Under the pieces are notes generated by a model. That model was given only the letters and a program-made list of their open reading frames with translations. It had not been told where the DNA came from and did not search any database. Of a DNA stretch of 64,000 nt, positions 49,375-56,524 are shown one piece after another (the stretch's first letter is position 1; every line of letters begins with the position of its first letter). The position numbers and the translations under genes were made by a program. This DNA comes from a virus. The stretch is from positions 64,001 to 128,000 of the IMG/VR virus record IMGVR_UViG_3300042453_004886. The stretch is one strand, 5' to 3'.

Positions 49375-49449
49375 GAGAGGGTAGTAGCTTCGGCTGCTGC
49401 CCTCTTTAAAAAGAGGGACCGGTGCGTCGGTGCGTCCAAGGTGCAACCC
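49375..49449 (+). promoter_or_regulatory. Class-1 element, copy 10
   Basis: Same hairpin as copy 3 + GGTGC-N18-CAACCC. Confidence 0.7.
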
Positions 49450-49548
49450 TTTTTGCAGGTTTTTCTCGTGGAACCTGATGATCGCCATACAGCTGGCGCC
49501 TTTTGGTCGGGGAGTGACCGCATGCTAGTCGAAAGAAAAGGTAGGACT

Positions 49549-52500
49549 ATGATGTCCGAATACCTGAAGCTTCGCGAATCGGTAGCAAGTGCTCTGTTGG
49601 GTGACACCAACGAGCACGGGCTGCCGCCCGTCGAGGCCGGCTTCGAAGCCTTCAGCAGACAAACTGCTAAGGCGCTGAAATCCTTGGGAATGGCATTCCA
49701 GGGTGCAACCCTTGTGGAAGAAGAGTTTAACAGACTCTTCGGAAACTTGGGCGATCACGGGTGGGAGCTCACCCCCGTGGACCAGATGGACCTTGTTGTC
49801 CTCTCGGTTATGCTGGGAGCGCAATTCCAGGGATGGGAGACAATTTCCTTTGATAAGGAGATTCTCTCGTTCGATCAGGCTGGCAACCTGGTCGTCGGTG
49901 GCCGCAAGGCTATCGGCCCCGTGCTGCTCGTGCAGAGCGTCAGGGATCTTGGGAATCCCGTCGTCGTAAATACGGCGGTGCTTTCCAAGTACCAGGCCGC
50001 GGCCTACGTCATGCTTCTCGGAGCACGTCGTGGCCTGAGTTCCGCCTTGAAGGCGTGCGACCGGTTCCTCATCGATCCCGAACAGGGGTTCATCGATGCG
50101 GATCGGAAAAGACTCCTTGACGGGAGTCTCCGCGTCGTCGAGGTAGAGCTCCTTGGCAATCTGCTGGAGCCCGTCGAAAAGACCGACCGTCTGCTCGTGA
50201 ACTCGGTGGTTCGGGAACTGCTTCCCAACTACCGCGTTCGCGCCTCAAAGGACAGCTACGCCCCATTCGGAAAGCTGGCCCCGGTACCTGGTTTCCTCGA
50301 CGTTCCAACCGTCGACGAGGCCAAAGGCGTGAAGCGGGCGGATGCCGCAGATGTCACTCAGTGCAGACCGGTTAACCCCGAGCTCTGCGCTCTGTCGTAT
50401 CAAGGCACGCGGGGCACAGGCGTTCTCTTGGACGTCTTGCTCGCCCCGTGCGGTCTCGCGACACTCACCGGGTTCGGAGACGGAACCGCTGCAGTGCTCT
50501 CCCGAGAATTCGGGGACAAGGCAGCCTTCCATGATCCGTTCGTGGTGAGGGCCACCAGTTTCGCGGTCAAGAGCCAGGAGGACTGCGAAAAGTTCATGGC
50601 GACTATTCCCAAGGTAGGGGAAGAACTCGTCGGCAGCAAGTTGAGCGTGCACGGTGCGCCAACGAAACTGTTGCCCCTTGGCAAGAAGCTCGTCACCGGG
50701 GTCTCCCAAGCCACGGAAGACCCCACGTATGGCAACATACGCTGGGAAGTGAGGGGCGAGGCAATCGACCGTAGCGGAGATGGTAAGCTCCGCGGGCTTC
50801 TCAAAGCCATGACGGTGTTCCCAGCCGTCAAGATCCACCACGGGCATGGCTTCCCGTGGAAGGAACTTACCAGGAACGAACTCGTCATCGCCCTTCCGGG
50901 CAATGTTAGGACGAAGTTTGACCTCCTAGCCGGGATGGCGTGCTGGAAAGGCAGCGGAAAAGGCTCGGGTAAAAACCGGGTCGAGACCGCCGTCCAGACC
51001 TTCAAGCGGCACCTTACCCATGATGAGTTCGAAACTCACATGGGGGAGGTACTCCCCGCTGAGGGCTTCGACGCCGATGGCACCCCACGCTACGACGAGA
51101 CCGTAGACGTGGGTGGAGGATACTCACAGCTGGTCCAGTCTTTCGAGGAGCACTATGCTGTTCCTCTTAGGATTGGCCGTCTCATCGCCAAGGACCTGTG
51201 GTCCAGGCTTCTGGATGCTTACCTCAGACAACTGGGTAAGCGGAAAGCAGACCTGGAGTGGGAGCCCACCCCGATTGGTGGCCAGGCAGCCAGCTTGGAA
51301 ATCATGAAGGGAATCACGGGCAAACCGGAGGTGCTTACGTTCGTCGTCCTTGACGATGGGCGGACAGCGCTTGTGCAGCAGACAACTGCATTCACCACAG
51401 CCATGGTGCTGAAGGTGGAGCACACGTCTGTTGCCCGGAGCGTGTCGATCGCGCACATGATGCTGGACGCTGCCATAGCGTTCAAGGCACTTGGGCACGA
51501 GAAGACCGCTCGTTACCTTGAAGAACAGTCCAGGACCCCTGCAAAGGGTGTCGAGCGGCTGTTTGACTTGGTAAACGGGCACATCCCGGTCAGCCACAGG
51601 ACCGTCGGTCTCCACCCCGGCAAAAGCCGGCTGCTCCCCGAGGGAACCGCCATGCTCAAGGCCATTATCGAGAGCGATCTCGAGACCTGGCCTGCTGATC
51701 TCTGCCTCAGTGCAGGGCTCAACGAGCAGGAGTTCTGCGTCGACAGGACCGTTCTGGCAACCATGCACGCGGAATCGCCGCAGCGGGGTGCCGTGAAGGG
51801 GCTGATCGAAGCAGCTCTTGGCGGGGATCTCACCCGGTTCCAGAACAATTTCCGGACGCTTCGCGCCGCTTTGCACAAGATGCTCAGCGCCGCGAACAAG
51901 GGTTTCTTCAAGAAGCTCATGTCTGGACCGCGAGGCTCCCATGCCAAGCGTGTCCCGATCACCTCGTCCGGTGCTGCTCATGATGAACTTCAGATCCACC
52001 CAAAAGGGCAGGTCTGGAGGAATTTGGAAACCATCTTGGGAGAGAAGATGGTGGACGGGCAGTATGTCCTGCTTCTCCGGGCGCCGATGAAGACCCCGAG
52101 CTTGCTCAGGGTCAAGTCGTCGTTCTCCGTAGGGGTGAACAAGTTCGCCGTCTCCGAGAAAACCGCGTCGTCGTCACGAGGTGATTTCGATGGAGAAGGC
52201 GTCGTAGTCGTCCCGCTGTCCCAAGAGGCCGTCGAGGAGCTTCTGAGCGCTAACTACAGCGCTTGGGAGCTCAGCTTGAAAGCTCACTCGATCAAGACGG
52301 GAGGCGAATTCCACTGGGAAGACGCCAACCTGCTGATCGATGGAAAGCACAACGTTTGGGGTAAAGCCAAGCGTGTGTCGATCCAGAGCTCGATCGCGCT
52401 CGATGAGGGAACCATCCGGGCCTACCGCATGGAAATGCCCGGCGACGCCAACAAGGCCACCATGGCCCTCATGTTGGCTGCAATGGGCAAGTACCAGCTG

Positions 52501-53127
52501 AACAACGTCCTTGGGCTTCTCTTCGAAGTCTGGGAGGCGGAGCTTGGCGGGTACGATCCGAAGTTTGCTGATGCCCACAAGGCAATGCAGATCGAGGATC
52601 CCATCGAGCGCGAGGAGGAGTTCCTCAAGGCATGCGCCAAATTGAACTTCACGGAGGAGTTCGGGCGTGCTTGGCTTTCCATCTCCGCGGCGAAAACCTC
52701 AACGATGAAAGCCCTTCAGAAAGGCTATCTCATTGGGGAGCACATGACGTTCCGGCACGTCATCAGCCAGAGCACTCCTGCCGACGAACGATCGATGTCC
52801 GCATGGATGGCGATCGCGTTCGCGATGAAGCTGCTTTCGAGCGGTGAAATCAACAACGAACTCATGCTCAACCTCGATATTGCCCGAGTTGAGAATTGGG
52901 TGGTTGTCGGTAAGGACCGGAAAGGCAAAGACATCCAGCGCCCCACCGGAGAAAGCTACGACCTTGCACAAGGTATCAGCTTCCTCTGGAAGCAGGGGCA
53001 CCCTGCGGCTACTCGGCTGCAGCACTGGATGATGGCGGTTCTTCCGAGGCTGCGCGAGTTGAGCAAGGAGAAATCCTACAGGGCTTTCAGCCCGGACATG
53101 CTCAACAGCTCATCTGAGGAAGACTAG
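49549..53127 (+). CDS. Single-chain two-barrel RNA polymerase-like protein 2 (variant DFDGE motif)
   Basis: Start placed at ATG 49549 (track start 49441 is in the promoter element); collinear paralog of protein 1; LLLRAP (R at 52078) 35 residues before the first Asp of RGDFDGE (52183); GDGKLRGLLK. Confidence 0.78.
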   Translation: MMSEYLKLRESVASALLGDTNEHGLPPVEAGFEAFSRQTAKALKSLGMAFQGATLVEEEFNRLFGNLGDHGWELTPVDQMDLVVLSVMLGAQFQGWETISFDKEILSFDQAGNLVVGGRKAIGPVLLVQSVRDLGNPVVVNTAVLSKYQAAAYVMLLGARRGLSSALKACDRFLIDPEQGFIDADRKRLLDGSLRVVEVELLGNLLEPVEKTDRLLVNSVVRELLPNYRVRASKDSYAPFGKLAPVPGFLDVPTVDEAKGVKRADAADVTQCRPVNPELCALSYQGTRGTGVLLDVLLAPCGLATLTGFGDGTAAVLSREFGDKAAFHDPFVVRATSFAVKSQEDCEKFMATIPKVGEELVGSKLSVHGAPTKLLPLGKKLVTGVSQATEDPTYGNIRWEVRGEAIDRSGDGKLRGLLKAMTVFPAVKIHHGHGFPWKELTRNELVIALPGNVRTKFDLLAGMACWKGSGKGSGKNRVETAVQTFKRHLTHDEFETHMGEVLPAEGFDADGTPRYDETVDVGGGYSQLVQSFEEHYAVPLRIGRLIAKDLWSRLLDAYLRQLGKRKADLEWEPTPIGGQAASLEIMKGITGKPEVLTFVVLDDGRTALVQQTTAFTTAMVLKVEHTSVARSVSIAHMMLDAAIAFKALGHEKTARYLEEQSRTPAKGVERLFDLVNGHIPVSHRTVGLHPGKSRLLPEGTAMLKAIIESDLETWPADLCLSAGLNEQEFCVDRTVLATMHAESPQRGAVKGLIEAALGGDLTRFQNNFRTLRAALHKMLSAANKGFFKKLMSGPRGSHAKRVPITSSGAAHDELQIHPKGQVWRNLETILGEKMVDGQYVLLLRAPMKTPSLLRVKSSFSVGVNKFAVSEKTASSSRGDFDGEGVVVVPLSQEAVEELLSANYSAWELSLKAHSIKTGGEFHWEDANLLIDGKHNVWGKAKRVSIQSSIALDEGTIRAYRMEMPGDANKATMALMLAAMGKYQLNNVLGLLFEVWEAELGGYDPKFADAHKAMQIEDPIEREEEFLKACAKLNFTEEFGRAWLSISAAKTSTMKALQKGYLIGEHMTFRHVISQSTPADERSMSAWMAIAFAMKLLSSGEINNELMLNLDIARVENWVVVGKDRKGKDIQRPTGESYDLAQGISFLWKQGHPAATRLQHWMMAVLPRLRELSKEKSYRAFSPDMLNSSSEED

Positions 53128-53132
53128 CTGTG

Positions 53133-53200
53133 TCACAAATAAACTCGAGCTATCCCACGAACGCACACGAAGTGCAAGGGATGCTCGAGTTTTGCTGTGA
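53133..53200 (+). ncRNA. Conserved 3' structured RNA element, copy 2
   Basis: Different stem sequence (AAACTCGAGC/GCTCGAGTTT, ATCCC/GGGAT) with the same cap GAACGCAC-ACGAA-GTGCAA. Confidence 0.55.
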
Positions 53201-53227
53201 TTCGATCAACTAAATAACTTTTTAACA

Positions 53228-53301
53228 GGGGGGCTTGGTTCATTCCAATGCCCCTCTTTAAAAAGGGTAACTGGTGCGTACAAAAACTCACAATCTACCC
53301 C
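53228..53301 (+). promoter_or_regulatory. Class-1 element, copy 11
   Basis: Hairpin + CCCCTCTTTAAAAAGGG + GGTGC-N18-TACCCC. Confidence 0.7.
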
Positions 53302-53483
53302 TGAGGCGGCGTCCCTATGAACAACGTGCTCTATGAGCACGGATTTGGTTTGGCTGGGGCCTTCGGCCCCAGGCAAACCGTTCGGACACGCCTGCGGCGT
53401 GGGGGATCACGCCTGCGGCGTGAGGGACTGCGTCCCTAGGACTATCCAGGCCTTGCGGCCTGGATAAGTTGGGGCGAGGTAAG

Positions 53484-53554
53484 TCGTGCTCAAACCGGAG
53501 GGGAGGGCTGGCGCCCTCCCCTCCGGTTTGGCACAGCGGCGCTTCGCGCCGCGG
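53484..53554 (+). repeat. Two-hairpin element, copy 1 (copy 2 at 54181-54251)
   Basis: CAAACCGGAGGGGAGGGC-TGGC-GCCCTCCCCTCCGGTTTG then GCGGCG-CTTCG-CGCCGC. Confidence 0.8.
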
Positions 53555-53636
53555 TCTCCGTTGTTGGGGTTTGTGGGTTTCAGTGGGGTTAATTGACGGG
53601 GAATACCCCCAGTCACACTCAACGCAAGGAGGAACC

Positions 53637-54107
53637 ATGCGACACTTGATCGATCCCACTAGTCTCCGGGAAGTCACCAGCTCGGCCGGCAACACGGCCC
53701 TGCTGGGGAAGTTGATCACGGGCGAGGACTTCGCTATCCAGTCGAGTCAGAAGTTCGATGGCGCAGCTCAGATCCACGAGCTGCACACCCGGCTGACGGA
53801 GAGCGGGAACCCTGTCTGGCTCTGGGGACTTGCCCCCTCGGAGCGGACCGGCAGGCTGGAGTGCTGGGTCAACCGGGCCCTGCTGCTCGGATCTCTGTCG
53901 GACGAGCAGACTCTCCGGAAGCTCCAAGCGGTCTACCCGCAGGCGAGCTTCTTCTCCGGATGGGGCATCGAGTCCGAGGAGGACGCGCTGACGCGCCTCC
54001 TCCTCGGAGCTCAGGCTACCCAGGCTCCCGCTCCCCAGGCCGCTGCTCCCGTCACAAAGGCCCGCCGCAAGGCTGAGGCCAAGGCCGCGGAGGAGCTGCC
54101 CTTCTAG
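53637..54107 (+). CDS. Hypothetical protein with an acidic ...EELPF C-terminus
   Basis: Start moved to ATG 53637 after AGGAGG; 156 aa. Confidence 0.75.
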   Translation: MRHLIDPTSLREVTSSAGNTALLGKLITGEDFAIQSSQKFDGAAQIHELHTRLTESGNPVWLWGLAPSERTGRLECWVNRALLLGSLSDEQTLRKLQAVYPQASFFSGWGIESEEDALTRLLLGAQATQAPAPQAAAPVTKARRKAEAKAAEELPF

Positions 54108-54180
54108 CGAAGGGCAGCTCGGGGACCCCAGAACGCTTCGCGTTCTGGGGTCCCAACCCCAGCGGTTCACTTTGTCTGTT

Positions 54181-54251
54181 TCGTGCTCAAGTCGGAGGGG
54201 AGGGCTGGCGCCCTCCCCTCCGACTTGGCACAGCGGCGCTTCGCGCCGCGG
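54181..54251 (+). repeat. Two-hairpin element, copy 2
   Basis: Same as 53484 with compensatory AC/GT to GT/AC change in the stem (CAAGTCGG..CCGACTTG). Confidence 0.8.
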
Positions 54252-54778
54252 CTTCCACGGCGTCAATTCCCCTCTCCCGGGGAATTGGTGGAGGGGTAGC
54301 TTCGCTACCCCCGCCTGGCGGCGGCCAAGCGTGGGCTTGGGTCGGTTCAGTCCGGCCTTCCCGCGTCTCGGCTGCCACTGAAGCCGGACGCCCCGGCCCG
54401 GCCCCCCTTCGGGGGGCCGGGCCGGGGGCGTTTTGTTGCGTACACTATACAAGGGTGTGCAACAAAGCGGAAAATTTGAGGGGAAAGACCTCTGGTAACA
54501 CTCACGTCACGAAAGCCAACACCATGGCAAGACGTAAGTTACCATTTGGCAACCCCTCAAACCACCTCTACCGGGTGGGGACATCCGGTAGAAACCCGTG
54601 AAAACGGGAGTTGTCCGTACCAGACAAGTTCTTGCAGGAGCTTGTCTGGGTAGCGGGTGTGGCTGCAACCACACACGGTACTACGGACCTTTGAAGCCGA
54701 GGCTCTGAGACTGATCAGCTCAGGGCCTTGGGCTTCATTGCTTTACACAAAATCAATTTTACACATAAGGAGAAACCT

Positions 54779-55105
54779 GTGTTCATTAACCTCACGCCTC
54801 ACACCATCACGGTGCTTGACCAGGACTCCGTCCTGGTCAAGGCGATCCCGCCCTCCGGGGCGGTGGCTCGCCTGGAGAAGCGGGACGGGGATGCCATCCT
54901 CGTGGATGGGATCCCCGTCAAACGTCCCCATTTCGGGGAGGTCATGAACCTCCCCGAGCCCCAGGATGGGATCTTTTTCATTGTGTCCGCCATGGTGCGG
55001 ACCAGTCCGGGGCTGCTCTCCCGAGGAGACTTGGTCTCCCCTGCGGACTTCGTCCGGGACAGCCAGGGAAACATTGTTGGCTGTCGGGCGTTCGACGCCA
55101 ACTAG
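54779..55105 (+). CDS. Conserved-type viral hypothetical protein (NLTPH motif)
   Basis: GTG after AAGGAG; INLTPH..LPEP..GIFFIVS..V..RGDLVSP..VRD..GNIVG pattern. Confidence 0.7.
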   Translation: MFINLTPHTITVLDQDSVLVKAIPPSGAVARLEKRDGDAILVDGIPVKRPHFGEVMNLPEPQDGIFFIVSAMVRTSPGLLSRGDLVSPADFVRDSQGNIVGCRAFDAN

Positions 55106-55159
55106 GTCAGTAAGTCAGGGCCGGGCTATAAGCCCGGCCCTCGCTCGAGAGGAGAACCC

Positions 55160-55294
55160 ATGAAAGAAGAAGAATACGCGGCCCTCCGGGACGCGGAGTT
55201 CATCTGCGCCTCGTGTGGAACAAACCACACGGGGCGTGGGGGCTTGCTCATGAAAGACGGTTGGGGGTGTGAGGACCCCTACTGTCAGTACTGA
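55160..55294 (+). CDS. 44-aa zinc-ribbon peptide (not in the ORF track)
   Basis: GAGGAG RBS; MKEEEYAALRDAEFICASCGTNHTGRGGLLMKDGWGCEDPYCQY* with CxxC and CxxxxC. Confidence 0.7.
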   Translation: MKEEEYAALRDAEFICASCGTNHTGRGGLLMKDGWGCEDPYCQY

Positions 55295-55575
55295 GCGAAC
55301 CAGGGCCGGGCTATAAGCCCGGCCCTCGCAACACTGCACGTGCTCGAACGGACCTTCGGTGCGTACATAACGTAGCGATCGCCACCAGCGGAGCTATATT
55401 GCGTACACCAGCTAAAGGTGTCCCTAGGACTAACCGGAGCAACGTGCAAAAAAATTGATGGGGGTAACCCCACCAAGGCCTGATTTCGCAAGAAATTAGG
55501 TGGGAACTGTCTTGGGGCTTTTCCCTCTGACATTCCCAAATGTCGTAGCCGATTCTATTCGTAAAGGAGGCCAGC

Positions 55576-56031
55576 ATGCTGGTCAAGATCCACGCTAACA
55601 TCCGAGTTTACGTCCCGGGGGAAAACGAGCTGACCATCAACGGTCAGGTCAAGAAGCCGTTTCTGGGGCTCCGGGGCCCTGGTGACATCAACGTCACGAT
55701 CTACGGCGGTACCGCCGGGGTCGAGGGTCTCGAGAAGCTCGTGAAAGAGCTGAAGAGCCACGCGCCGAAGACCGGGTACGGTTACGTGCAGGTCACGGGA
55801 GTGCGCAGGTCGGACTCGGGATTCATCGGTTTTGCGGGTGACGTCACCTGCACCGGGAGTCCTACCAACAAGATGCTGGAGTGGGCGGAAGGCCTCGATC
55901 TCGTTGCCCTGCAGAGGGACGTCGAGGAAGAGCTGAACGGGCGTTCTTCCCGTGCTCGCACCTGGGCACAGAAGAACACCAACGCCCAGCCCCGGAAGGA
56001 CGATGACAACGGAACGGCAATGCCCTTCTAG
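55576..56031 (+). CDS. Possible SSB-like protein (acidic DDDNGTAMPF tail)
   Basis: AAGGAGG RBS; beta-rich N-terminus; acidic tail ending PF. Confidence 0.5.
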   Translation: MLVKIHANIRVYVPGENELTINGQVKKPFLGLRGPGDINVTIYGGTAGVEGLEKLVKELKSHAPKTGYGYVQVTGVRRSDSGFIGFAGDVTCTGSPTNKMLEWAEGLDLVALQRDVEEELNGRSSRARTWAQKNTNAQPRKDDDNGTAMPF

Positions 56032-56089
56032 TCATCGTTAAATTTCAGGGGAGGACTTCGTCCTCCCCTGAAACCCCCCGGAGGTCACC

Positions 56090-56515
56090 TTGGATTTTCC
56101 CGTCTACGAGTTGGACGTTAGCCGTCCAAAATACAGAAGACGAAAGAAAACCTTAAAAAGTGTCCTCACCGCTCTGGTTGGAATATCCGTGATGTACGCC
56201 ATGGCAAGATATTTGCCTGGCGCACGTTACGGATGGGTCGAGGCGGATTACCACCAGTTCCAGGGAAACTACATGGGAACCATGTTCAAAGGAAACCGGG
56301 AATACGTGGTGATCTACAAGAACTCGGAAGTTCGCTCGTTTGAAATCAACCCAGGCATCAGCCTGAGCTTACCTCATCTGGGAGCAATGGTTGAAGTTCA
56401 CTATAACAACGAGCAATTTCCGAAAATCATGCAGGGAAGAGACCTGAAGGCAATTCATATTCCGGACCCTGCACCGGAAAACGAAGGATTGCCTACGCGT
56501 TACGGCGTATTCTAG
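56090..56515 (+). CDS. Single-TM membrane protein
   Basis: GGAGG RBS, TTG start; basic stretch then VLTALVGISVMYAMA. Confidence 0.65.
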   Translation: MDFPVYELDVSRPKYRRRKKTLKSVLTALVGISVMYAMARYLPGARYGWVEADYHQFQGNYMGTMFKGNREYVVIYKNSEVRSFEINPGISLSLPHLGAMVEVHYNNEQFPKIMQGRDLKAIHIPDPAPENEGLPTRYGVF

Positions 56516-56524
56516 GAGGTTCAG

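Noticed and set aside
41023-53301. Class-1 repeats as a CRISPR array or integron attC sites.
   Set aside because: The intervals are whole genes of 0.14-4 kb, there is no attC RYYYAAC/GTTRRRY core and no integrase is present; promoter/terminator geometry fits better.
53290-55560. tRNA or tmRNA genes in the hairpin-rich spacers.
   Set aside because: No cloverleaf with a T-loop GTTCRA and acceptor stem was found by eye; tRNAscan-SE/ARAGORN would settle it.
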